Assembly (NCBI GenBank): GCA_030390025.1
Contig: CM059431.1
Coordinates: 149,174,001 to 149,238,000 of the forward strand
DNA length: 64,000 bases
Origin: Squalus acanthias
Lineage: Eukaryota
Direction of reading: 5' to 3'
Shown piece by piece: positions 26,235-37,704 of this stretch (the first letter of the stretch is position 1; every line of letters starts with the position of its first letter). Both the position numbers and the translations under genes were made by a program. The notes below the pieces were generated by a model. It ran no database searches and was not told where the DNA came from. It saw only the letters and a list, made by a program, of their open reading frames with translations.

Positions 26235-26735
26235 TAAGGACACAATGAAGTCTCACGTCTTCCAGTCAGATATGGGCAAGGTAACTTCCTGCTGATTATT
26301 ACCGACCACCCTGATTCTGCTGAAGAATCAGCACATCTTCAAGCAGAACACCAGTTGGTTGGAGCACCGAGAGCAGAAAGTGCACAAAATATACTCTCTG
26401 AGTGGGGAGGGGAGACTTCAATGACCATCGCCAAGAGTGACTCAGAAGAACCAGCATTAACAGAGCACTGGAGAAGTGCTGCCAGACTCGGATTGCAGAA
26501 GGTGGTGGGAGAAGCAACATGAGAAAATAACCTGTTTGACCACGTCCTCACAAATCTGCCTATCGGATATAAATCTGTCCATGACGATATTGGTAGGACT
26601 GACCACTGCACAATATTTGTGGAGAAGGAGTCTCGCCTTCAGACTGAGGACAGCATCCATCGTATCCCGTGCCACTACCATCGTGTTCAGTGGGATGAAA
26701 TTAGACAGTTTCAAGCGATCCCACAACCAACCGAT
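26235..26735 (+). mobile_element. LINE endonuclease-region fragment (6218 family)
   Basis: Reverse-complement similarity to about 8150-8640; a ~115-bp piece recurs at 25260-25375. Confidence 0.7.
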
Positions 26736-26859
26736 CAGATTACTTCAATGCTGTCATATGCTTTCGTGAATGGCAGTGAACAATTATTCCGTTTCCACAT
26801 AGTCCTGAAAATTGCTCCTTTTCAAGTATTTTTCGAATTACCTTTTGCAAGTTACTATT

Positions 26860-27200
26860 AAGAAAGAAAGACTTGCATTTATAGAGCGCCTTTAACGACC
26901 TTGGGATGTCTCAAAGCACTTTACAGTCAAATAAATACTTTTGAAGTGAAGTCAGTGTTGTACTGTAGGAAACACGGCAGACAGTTTGTACACAGCAGTT
27001 CCCACAAACACCATTGCAATAAAAACCAGGTCATCCGTTTTAGTGATGTTGATTGAAATAAGTATTGGCCAGAACACTGTGGAAAACTCCGCTGCTCTTT
27101 TTCGAATAGTGCCATGTGATCTTTTACATCCAGCTGAGAGAGAGCAGACGTGGCCTCAGATTAACGATGCATCCGAAAATCGGCCCATCCGGGAAGTCAG
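26860..27200 (-). mobile_element. SINE of the same family (3' two-thirds) running into the 33-bp minisatellite
   Basis: AGAAAGAAAGACTTGCATTTATA... is the reverse complement of the tail and body of 51792-52230. Confidence 0.8.
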
Positions 27201-29612
27201 TACACCCTCAGTACTGCAGCTCCGACAGTGCAGCGCTCCCTCAGTATTGCCCTCCGATAGTGCAACGGTCCCTCAGTACTGACTCTCCATCAGTGCAGCA
27301 CTCACTCAGAACTGCCCCTCCGAAAGTGCAGCACTCCGTCAGTACTGACACTCCGAAAGTGTAGCGCTCCCACAGTACTGCCCCTCCGACAGTGCAGCTC
27401 TCACTCAGTACTGACCCTCGGACAGTGCAGCGCTCCCTCAGTGCTGATCCTCCAACAGTGTAGCACTCCCTCAGTACTGACCCTCCGACAGTGTAGCGCT
27501 CCCTCAGTACTGACCCTCCGACAGTGTAGCGCTCCCTCAGTACTGACCCTCCGACTGTGAAGCGCTTCATCATTACGAACACTCCGACAGTGCAGCACTC
27601 CATCAGTACTGATTCTCCATCAGTGCAGCTCTCCCTCAGTACTACCCCTCCGACAGTGCGGCGATCTCTCAGTACTGCCCATCCGACAGTGCAGCTTTCC
27701 CTGAGCACAGAAACTCCGACCGTGCAGCGCTTCCTCAGTACTGACCACCTGACAGTGCAGCGCTCCCTCAATACAGAACAACCGACAGTGCAGCGCTTCC
27801 TCAGTAATGACCCTCTGACAGTTTAGTGCACCCAGTGTACTGACCTTTCGACAGAGCAGTGCTCCCTCAGTACTGACCCTCTGACAGTGTTGCACCCTCG
27901 GCACTGCCAATCCGACAGTGCAGCGCTCCCTCAGTCCTGCCCATCCGACAATGCAGCGCTACCTCAATACTGACCCTTCGACAGTGTAGCTCTCACTCAG
28001 TACTGACCCTCCGGCAGTGCAGAGGTCTCTCAGTATTTACCATCCATCAGTGCTGCTCTCCCGCAGTTCTGCCCCTCCGACAGTGCAGCACTCCCTCAGT
28101 ACTGCCCCTCCGACAGTGCAGCACCCCCTCAGTTCTGCCCCTCCGACAGTGCAGTGCTCCCTCAGTACTGCGCCTCCAACAGTACGTCGCTCCCTCAATT
28201 TTGCCCCTCCGACAGTTCAGCTCTCCCTCAGTATTGCCCCTCCGAGAGTGCAGCACTTCCTCAGTACTGACCATCCGACTTGGCAGCACTCCCTCAGTAC
28301 TCACCGTCAGACAGTTCAGCAATCCCTCAGTATTAACCCTTCGTCAGTGCAGTGATCACTCAGTACAGCCCATCCTAAAGTGCAGTGCTCCCTCAATACA
28401 GAACCACCGACAGTGCAGCGCTTCCTCAGTACTGACCTTACTACAGTTTCGTGCTCCCTCATTACTGCCCCTCCGACAGTGCAGTGTTCCCTCAGTACTG
28501 CTGGTCCGACAGAGCAGCGCTCCCTCAATACTGCGCATCAGACATTGCAATGCTCCCTCAGTACAGCGCCACCGACAGTGCAGCGGTACCTCAATACTGA
28601 CCCTCCGACAGTGTAGCTCTCACTCAGTACCGACCCTCCGACAGTGCAGCGGTCCCTCAGTACTGACCCTCCATTAGTGCAGCTTTCCCTCAGTCCTGCC
28701 CTTCCGAAAGTGCGGCGCTCCCACTGTACTGCCCCTCCGACAGTGCAGCACTCCCTCAGTATTGCTCCTCCAACAGTGTGGCTTTCCCTCAGTACTGACG
28801 GTCCGACAGTGCAGCACTCCCTCAGTACTGCCCCTCCGACAGTGCAACGCACCCACAGTATTACCACTCCGACAGGGCGGCGATCACTCAGTGCTCCCCA
28901 TGGGCCAGTGCAGCGCTCCCTTAGTACAGAACCTCAGACAGTGCAGCGCTTCCTCAGTACAGAACCTCCGACAGTGCAGCGCTTCCTCAGTACTGATCAT
29001 CCGACAGTGCAGCGCACCCTCAGTACTGCCCCTCCGACAGTTTATTGCTCCCTCAGTGCTGACTCTCTGACAGTTTAGTGCTCCCTCAGTACTGACCCTC
29101 TGACAGTGCAGCGCTCGCTCACTACTGACCATCCGACAGTTTAGTGATCCCTCAGTACTGACCCTCTGACAGTTTAGTGTTCCCTCAGTACTGACCCTCC
29201 GACAGTAAAGCGCTCCCTCAGCACAGAACCTCCGACGGTGCAGCGCTTCCTCAGTACTGACCCTCCGACAGTGCAGTGCTCCCTCAGTATTGACCCTCCT
29301 ACTGTTTAGCTCTCCCTCAGTACTGCCCCTCTGACAGTGCAGTGCTCCGTCAGTACTGACCTTCTGACAGTTTAGTGCTCCCTCAGTACTGGCCCTCTGA
29401 CAGTGTTGCTCCCTCGGCACTGCCCCTACGAAAGTGCAACGCACCCTCAAAACAGTGCCGCCGACAGTGCAGTGCTACCTCAATACTGACCCTCCGACAG
29501 TGCAGCGGTCCCTCAATACTGACCCTCCATCAGTATTGCCCTTCCGATAGTGCAGTGCTCCCTCAGTACTGCCTCTCCGACAGTGCAGCTCTCCCTCAGT
29601 ACTGCACCTCTG
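27200..29612. repeat. 33-bp SINE-derived minisatellite (reverse orientation)
   Basis: CCCTCAGTACTGCCCCTCCGACAGTGCAGCGCT units over about 2.4 kb. Confidence 0.95.
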
Positions 29613-29794
29613 CAAAATAAGTAGGTTCTAAGGTGTCATATTCAGGACAAGATTACAATCTGTGAACGAACGTTAATGGTCTAAGAATCGGTAAGGACCG
29701 ATATGAGGTCCTAGAATTTCAGATCCGAAATAGTTTGTTTGGTGCCATCGCTTGATAGGAATTTCTAGGCCCTTGAGCTTTCATCGTTTTTTCT

Positions 29795-30950
29795 CTTTAT
29801 AAAGCCTGTGACTGGTTCTGTCTCTTTTAAAAGCCTGTGTGACTGATTCTGTCTCTGTTAAAAGCCGGTGTGACTGTTCATGTCTCTTTAAATAGCCTGT
29901 GTAACTTGTGCTGTCTCTTTTAAAAAGCTTGTGTGATTGGTCCTGCCTCTTTACAAAGACTGTCTGAATGGACTTATAACTTTACAAAGCCTTTCATGAC
30001 CGTTCTCTTCAAAATGCCTGTGAGTCTAGTCCTGTAACATTATATATCCTATGTGTCTGGTGTTGAAGATTTAACAAGACTTTGCGAGATGTCCTGTCTC
30101 TTTACAAAACCTGTGAATGTTCCTGTCTCCTTAAAAATCGTGCGTTTGGTCCTGTCTCTTTAAGTAGCCTGCGTGAATGTTTCAGCTTCTTTAAGAAATC
30201 TCTGCGACTTGTCCTGTCTCTTTAAGGAGCCTGTTTGTCTGGCCCTGTCTCTTTTAAAAGCCTGTGTGACTGTTTCTGTCTCTTTAAAAAGCGTGTGTGA
30301 CTGGTTCTGTTTCTTTAAAATGCCTGTGCGACTGGTTCTGTCTCTTTAAAAAGCGTGTGTGACTGGTTCTGTTTCTTTAAAAAGCCTGTGTGACTGTTTC
30401 TGTCTCTTTAAAAAGCGTGTGTGACTGGTTCTGTTTCTTTAAAAAGCCTTGTGCGACTGGTTCTGTCTCTTTTAAAAGCCTGTATGACTGTTCCTGTCAC
30501 TTTATAAAATCTTTGTGACTGGCCCTATCTGATTTAAAGGTCTGTGTGACTGAATCTGTCTCTTTAAAATAAAGATGAAATACTAGCGTGTATGTAGCGC
30601 CTTTCTCAACCACCGGACGTCTCTAAGCGCTTTACAGCCAATGAAGTACTTTTGAAGCAATGTTGTAATGTGGGAAACGCGGCTGCCAATTTGCTCACAG
30701 CAAATTCCCACAAACAGCAATGTAATATTCACCAGATCAAATGTTTTTTTTATGCTGGTTGAGGGATATATATTGGCCAGGACTCAAATATCCTGTGTGA
30801 TTGTCCCTGTCTCATTGAAAAGCGGCTGTGACAAGTCCTGTCTCTTTCAAAAGCTTTTGTGACTGCACCTGTTCCTTTTAAAGGCTGTGTGACTGGACCT
30901 GTCTCTTTAAAAAGCCTGTATGAAGGGTTCTGCCTCATTAAAAAGCCTTC
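29795..30950. repeat. 31-32-bp minisatellite
   Basis: AAAAGCCTGTGTGACTGGTTCTGTCTCTTTA units. Confidence 0.92.
30575..30785 (-). mobile_element. SINE 3' fragment inside the 31-bp satellite
   Basis: TAGCGCCTTTCTCAACCACCGGACGTCTCTAAGCGCTTTACA matches the reverse complement of about 52175-52215. Confidence 0.75.
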
Positions 30951-31145
30951 TTGTTGGATGTTAAAATTGCATGTTAAGAAGAGCCGGAATGGATTTGTTT
31001 TTTTTAAAAAGGGGACCATGCGTTTTGGGAACACAGGGGTGTTGATGGTGCAGGATTACTGAGACAAGTTCCTTGACACAGAAGTAGCTTCAAAGAGTTA
31101 GGAGAAACCTTTGCTGTAAAAGTAGTGTTAAGAATTGAAGACTTA

Positions 31146-31918
31146 GGGGGAAAAATTCAGCTGCTTGCGCCTCCCGTTAGCGCCTTAAGAGGGCGCTAAT
31201 GGGGCGTAAAGCAGCTAACGCCCGGGCGCAGCGCCGCCCACGCCTCCCGAAAAATTCAGCGGGAGGTTAGCGGCGGCGCCAGCCGGTAGCGCCCTGTGGC
31301 GCTGCGCCGCCGGCGATGACGTCATCGCCGTGCGCAGCACCCCGCTCGCGCTCCAGCCGCGATCTTCAGTCGCGCCCCCTGATTTACCGCCAGACGCTAT
31401 GTCCGACGGGTTCAGGGAGGCGTACGTGCGGCCGGGGCGGCGATATTTAATGGGGAGGTGGCAGGCGGCCATTTTTGTTGCTGGCCGCCTGCCAGCACCT
31501 GCCCCCGTTGCTGTCCCCGGCCCCCGTGAAGCCCCCCCACCGTGAAGTGCCGGCTGCGCTCCAAGAGCCCGGCACTTCTCTTGAGTGCCGGGCTCTTTTG
31601 CCGGCACTCCCGATCCCTGGGGGCCCAGCTGGGCCCCGGTTCGCGCTGCGCAGGGTCCCTCCCCTTTAAGAAGGGGAGGAAGGCCTGCAATACCGCGGCG
31701 CGACGTGCCGCAGCGCGTGGCGCTGCGGCACGTAGCGCCAGGATATTCCCTCGCAGCGCCCCAAGAGGGATGCAGGGTGCTTCCAGTGGCGCCCCGCTTC
31801 CCTCTTGGGGCGCAACCACTGAAGTTCCGGCGCGGGGCCGCTAATTTTTTCGGGGCGCTAAAAGTCGCGCCCCGGCGAGGTTAGCGCCCCAAATGGGGCG
31901 CGACTCAATTTTTACACC
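31146..31918. mobile_element. 773-bp GC-rich MITE, PIF/Harbinger-type, copy 2
   Basis: Near-identical to 23592-24364, same orientation; TSD TTA (31143-31145, 31919-31921). Confidence 0.92.
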
Positions 31919-32727
31919 TTAGTCTTAGAATTTCGTCATTGACTGCAGTGGAACTGAATATCTCGCGCTGCGTGTAGCGGGCACCCGATCCGATAATGCT
32001 CGTTTAGCGCCACCGCCCAAGCCGAATTTCTCGGCCCTTGTCTGCAGACATTGGCAGATATCAAATGTCACAGCGTGCTGCCGAATTGGACTTAGAGTGG
32101 CCTCTCAAATGCTCGGCTTTAACTCGCCAAAGTCAGTTGTTATCTTCCGTGTCAGATTGCTCCAGGGTGAGGAGATGCGAGAGTTATGTCTAAAATTATT
32201 TACAGGCATTTCTGTCTGATCGAAAACTGTTCGGAACGTTTCCTAACTCGCACCAAGTCCCGTTCACCCTTCACCGCCGTGCTCGCTGATCTACGTTGTC
32301 TCCCCGTTAGGCAAACCCTCGATTTTAAATTTCTCATCATTTTCTTCAGCCCCAACTCATTGACAAGTGTCCAGTAAAGGATTTGCATCTTGAAAATGCC
32401 AAACGTTAGTTTGTTTATGTTTAGCATTTTGCCATAATTACTTTTCACCCCCCAGATCAGCAGTTGGATTCTTCCAATTGGCATCAGGGGGTCACTGCAC
32501 AGGCGAGGGGGTAGAAATCGGCCCGGACTGCGCACAAAACACCACCACCTCCAAATTACCTCTTATAGTCAGACACCATTCGGAGAAGGTGGTGGTGAGC
32601 CGCCTTATACATCTGAGTGGCTTGCTCGGCCATTTCAGAGGAGCAGTTAAGAGTCAACCACATTGCTATGGATCTGGAGTCACATTTCGTCCAGAATGGG
32701 TAACGATGGCAGATTTGCTTCCCTGGT

Positions 32728-35640
32728 CATAGTGATAGAGTTATACAACACAGAAAGAGGCCTTTCGGCCCATCGCGTCCGCGCCAGCCATCAAGCCCTG
32801 TCTATTCTAATCCCATTTTCCAGCACTTGGTCCGGAGCCTTGTATGCTATTGTTTTTCAATTGCGCATCTAAATGCTTCTTGAATGTTATGAGGGTTCCT
32901 GCCTCCGCCACCCTTTCAGGCAGTGAGTTCCAGATTCCAACCACCCTCTGGGTGAAAAAGTGTTTCCTCAAATCCCCTCTAAAACTCCTGCCCCTTACCT
33001 TGAAACTATGCCCCCTGGTTATTGACCCCTCTACTAAGGGGAAACGTTCCTATCTATCAACCCTCTCTATGGCCCTCATAATTTTGTACACCTCAATCTG
33101 GTCCACACTCAGCCTTCTCTGCTCTAAGGAAAACAACCGCAGCCTGTCCAGTTTATCTTCATAGCTGAAGCGCTCCAGCCCAGGTAACATCCTGGTGAAT
33201 CTCCTCTGCACCCGCACAACATCCTTCCTATAGTGTGGCGAAAAGAACTGCACACAATGGCCTGATTAGCGTTTTATACAGCTCCATCATAAGCTCCCTG
33301 CTCTTATATTGTATGCCTCGGCTAATGAAGGCAAGTATCACATATGCCTTTTTAACCACCTTATCTACCTGTCATTCTGCCTTCAGGGATCTATCTACAT
33401 GCACACCAAGGTCCTAGCATTCATTGTGTATTCCCTTGCCTTGTTAGTCCTCCCAAAATGCATCACCTCACACTTTTCAGGGTTAAATTCCATTTGCCAC
33501 TGTTCTACCCATGTAACCAGCCCGTCTATATCGTCCTGTGGACTGAGCCTTCCCTCCTCGCTATTTACCACTCCAGCAATTTTTCGTGTCATCTGAGAAC
33601 TTACTGATCATACCTCCTACATTCATATCTAAATCATTAATGTACACTACACACAGCAAATCACCCAGCACAGATCCCTGTGGTACACCACTGGACACAG
33701 GCTTCCAGCCACAAAAACAACCTTCGACCATCACCCTCTGCCTCCTGCCACTTAGCCAACTTTCGATCCAATGTGCCAAATTGCCCTGGATCCCATGGGC
33801 TCTTACCTTCTTGACCTGTCTCCCATCTGGGACTTTGTCAAATGCCTTACTGAAGTCCATGTAGACTAAATCAACTGCACTACCCTCATCCGCACACCTA
33901 GTTACCCCCTCGAAATATTCAATCACATTGGTCAGACATGGTTTCCACCTGACAAAACCATGCTGACTGTCCCTGATTAATCCTTGACTCTCCAAGTGGA
34001 GACTGACTCTGTCCCTCAGAATTTCTTTCCAGAAATGTCCCTACCATTCCTGTTTGGCTCACTGGCCTGTAATTCCCTGGTTTATCCCTACTACCCTTCT
34101 TGAACTATGGTACTACGTTAGCTGTTCTCCAGTCCTTAGCCACCTCCCCTGTGGCCAGAGGGGTTCTGACAATTTGTGTCAGAGCCCCTGCAATCTCCGC
34201 CCTTGCCTCACACAGCAGCCTGGGATACATCCCGTCAGGGCCTGGGGATGTATTCACGTTTAAGCTCGCTAAAACCGCTAGCACCTCCTCCCTCTCAATA
34301 ATAATTTGGTCAAGTATATCACAATCCCCCTCCCTGATTTCTATGCCTACATCGTCCTTCTCCATCGTGAACACAGACGCAAAATATTCATTTAAAACAT
34401 CATCTGAATCTTCCTGCTCTACACAAAGATTGCCACGTTGGTCCCCAATGTGCTCTACTCTTTCCCTGGTTATCCTCTTCCCCTTAATATAATTATAATA
34501 CACCTTGGGATTTTCCTTAATTTTGCACGCCAGTGTTTTTTTATGCCCCCTATTCGCTCTCCTAATTTCTTTTTTAAGTACCCCCCTGCACCTTCAATAC
34601 TACTCTAGGGCTTCCAATGTCTTTAGACCTTTGAATCTGCCAAAAGCCTCCCTTTTTTTTCTAATCCATTCTTGTATATCCCTTGACATCCAGGGTTCCC
34701 TGGGCTTGTCGGCCCCACCCTTGACCTCTACGGGAACATGTTGGCGTTGGTCTCTCTCTATTTCCTTTCTGAAAGTCTCCCACTGCTCTGATGTGGATTT
34801 TCCTATAAGTAGCTGATCCCAGTGCACTTTGGACAGATCCTGCCTTACCATATTAAAATCGGCCATCCCCCAATTTAGAACCTTTATTTCCGGTCCATCT
34901 TTGACCTTTTCCAGGAATACCTTAAATCTCACCGAATTATGGTCACTGTCACCAAAAATCTATCCTGCTGACACTTCCACCACTTGCTCGGCTAACTTTC
35001 CGAGAATTAGGTCCAGTACCGCCCCCTCTCTTGTAGGACTTTCTACATGCTGGCTCAAAAAGCTCTCCTGGATGCCCTTTAAGAATTCTGCACCCTCCAA
35101 GACTTTCACACTTTTGCTCTCCTAGTTAATATTGGGGATGTTGAAATCCCCTACTATTATTACCCTACCATTTCTACACCTCTGAGGTTTGCCTACATAT
35201 CTGTTCCTCTATCTCCCCCGGAATTTTTGGGCGACTATAGTACACTCCCAGCAAAGTACTTGCCCCCTTTTTGTTTTTAAGTTCTACCCATATGGCCTCA
35301 TTAGAGGAACCTGCTAAGATATTATCCCTCCTAACAGCAGAAATTGTATCCTTGATTAATATTGCGAAACCCCCTCATCTTTTCACCCACCTCTGTCTCG
35401 CCTGAAGGTTCTATAATCCGGAATATTGAGCTGCTAGTCCTGCCCCTCCCTGAAACATGTCTCTGCGATAGCAACAATATCATACTCCCATTTGTTCATC
35501 AACACCTTCATTTCATCTGCATTACTCGCAAGACTCCTTGCATTAAAATAAATGCCACCCGGCCTTACCATACTCCCGTGTGCCGTTACATATTTGCTCT
35601 GCATTCCAGGCTGACTTGTTTATCCCTTTATAACCCTGCT
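32728..35640 (-). mobile_element. CR1 LINE ORF2, degenerate
   Basis: SQHGFVR, YMDFSKAFDKVP, GVPQGSVLG, SKFSDD. Confidence 0.93.
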
Positions 35641-35933
35641 TAAAGCTGCGAAATTTAGATTTTAAACTGTATACAGTAACAGTAAATGTGAAACAAACAA
35701 GTTTGATTTTAGCAAACAGTTAAGATCCCTGACTCACCCAACTCGCAGCACTATGTTTAAACCACACTCACATTCGTGAACCAGATGTGTTTTTACTACA
35801 AGCCGGTAGTTTCAAGGTTACCATTCCTGACACTAGCTTTTTATTCCAGATTTGTTTAATTAATTTAATTTAAATTCCCGAGCTGGTGGGATTTGTACTG
35901 CAGGGTATTTCGTCCGGACATCTGGTTTACTAG

Positions 35934-36696
35934 TGAAGGATCCAGCTTGTTCCCAAAGAATGCTGGGATACTTGACTACATTACTCTCTATTTATTTCGG
36001 ATAGTAGGTTTAGCTAATTAAGGCATATTTGTAGACTGGAAGGTGCCTCCCTCCCCTTATGAAACCTTGGGATATATGTATTCACTACCTCAGTAGAGCC
36101 ATTGTCAAAGCACAGCCTGGCCTCCCAAGAGATAAGGGAGCAATTAACAACCAACACAGTTCCAGGCACAAAGGGGTACATCTACTATTCGAACCTGGTC
36201 TCCCAAGAGATAAGGGAGCAATTAATGACCAACTTGGTTCCAGTCACTGAGCATCCAAGCCATTACGGCCTTGAGCCACCCCGCTCTGTCCGACAGCCAG
36301 GGATAAAATATGTTTTCTCAAACTATAAACTATGCCCGCAAAGGAAGAGATAAAGCAAGAATTTGGGGAGTAGGATGAGGCAACCAACATCTGTGACTGG
36401 CATGGTCAGGGTTCAAGGGGAGGGCCCGACAGTTGAGTGACTAACCATATAACCAATAGAGAGTAACTGTAGTGACACTGTTTGTACGTGTACGCCCCAT
36501 TCTGTAGTAAGTGGGCGCTGCTTATAGAAATGTATAACTTGAATGAACCGTTACTTGTTCCTCAGAGAGTGCGCCCCTAGCTTGAGGAAGCTGAGTGGCT
36601 CTCCCTTGTGCACAAGTCTTTTTTTTATTTTAATAAATTCTGAACTTGTCCTCAATTCCGTCTCCGTCTAGAGTTTCTCCAAATTCGAATCTAACA
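35934..36696 (+). repeat. 5' LTR
   Basis: TGAAGGATCC...AATCTAACA; internal ~40-bp direct repeat with AGATAA (about 36116-36155 and 36194-36233), CCAAT near 36453, TATA-like sequence near 36523-36536, AATAAA 36632-36637. Confidence 0.97.
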
Positions 36697-36698
36697 GT

Positions 36699-36716
36699 TG
36701 GTGTCAGAAGTGGGAT
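36699..36716 (+). promoter_or_regulatory. Primer-binding site, tRNA-Leu type
   Basis: TGGTGTCAGAAGTGGGAT 2 nt after the 5' LTR; complement of the vertebrate tRNA-Leu 3' end ATCCCACTTCTGACACCA. Confidence 0.92.
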
Positions 36717-36720
36717 ACTG

Positions 36721-36729
36721 CAGGTAAGG
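36721..36729 (+). promoter_or_regulatory. Putative major splice donor of the provirus
   Basis: CAG|GTAAGG immediately downstream of the PBS. Confidence 0.6.
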
Positions 36730-37306
36730 ACCATAGGAGTTAAAGACACTGGAAGTGACGGTTAAGGCGAGAACTGTGTCGAGTCCTAAGGGAAAAGCCA
36801 GAGTAAGGCATTTATAAGGAACACGGACTCACTCGTCACCGGTGGGGCTAAAACCATTTATGGTTCAGTCAGTATAAAAGTACCCACAACTTAAATTATT
36901 CCACACGGAGACCTGACTGACGGAATTGATTAGACATAAGTGTATTTTTTTCTGATTTAGAGTATAAGGTGAAAAGTGTATATTTCTGATTTAAAGTATA
37001 AGATTGGATCCTTGAGAGTCACTGGTGATCGACACGGACAAGGGTGGTTGTCTATCTCAAACACCTAGCCTGAGCCTGAATTAAGAGGGCGATTGGGCCC
37101 CACGTGACGGCCAGGATCAAGTAGGTGTAGAGAACTAAAACACCACAGGATCGTGATCCCGTGACGATTAAGTGTACGCAAAAAAACGGGTGACGACCCG
37201 GAGGGATTTAAGTTAAAGTCTGTTTAGATTGTAAGTTTGTGTCGCTTGTGCCGATTAATGTATAAGATAGAGTATAAGAATACACGTGACTATTTATATG
37301 GATCAC

Positions 37307-37704
37307 ATGGGAAACAAGGGGAGATCTCTTTCACCCGACGTTCCGGCTATGGCCATCAGTGTCACTGTCGTTCAACAGGTCCGAGAGGCTAATTTGAAAC
37401 TTCAGAGTGAAATGGTTAAAAAGGGGTGGAAAGAAATAAGCTCAGTAGCTGACCAAATAAAGTGGTGGGCGGAACAAAAATAAGCCAAACAAGCTAGGTA
37501 CGGGGCGGTTCTATGTACTAGTTGGATGGATCAGATGGGATCTATAATCGTGGATAAGGGGGGAAGACCGACCCCGTTTCAAGGATTCTTGAGACCTATG
37601 CAGGAGGCTAAAGTCCAAGTTAGCAATCTCCTGCACCTTAAGTCGCCAGGGACTGAGAATCTAGACGATTTGAAAAACTGGGGAGACCCCGGAAATCCAG
37701 GGTA
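37307..37704 (+). pseudogene. gag: gag-like N-terminal remnant
   Basis: ATG GGA start (MGNKGRS...) at the expected post-leader position; in-frame TAA at 37481-37483; frame stays open to about 37700; no capsid or zinc-knuckle motif seen, so the call is positional. Confidence 0.5.

Noticed and set aside
27200..29612. Regular 33-bp repeats resembling a CRISPR array
   Set aside because: Units are head-to-tail with no unique spacers, no cas genes are present, and the context is vertebrate
29707..29772. 66-bp segment with 14-bp imperfect inverted ends (GGTCCTAGAATTTC / GAATTTCTAGGCCC)
   Set aside because: Possibly a tiny MITE remnant, but no clean TSD could be read
37668..37680. TTGAAAAAC as a programmed -1 frameshift site joining gag and pol
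   Set aside because: Not a canonical X XXY YYZ heptamer, and pol lies in the +1 frame relative to the gag-like frame
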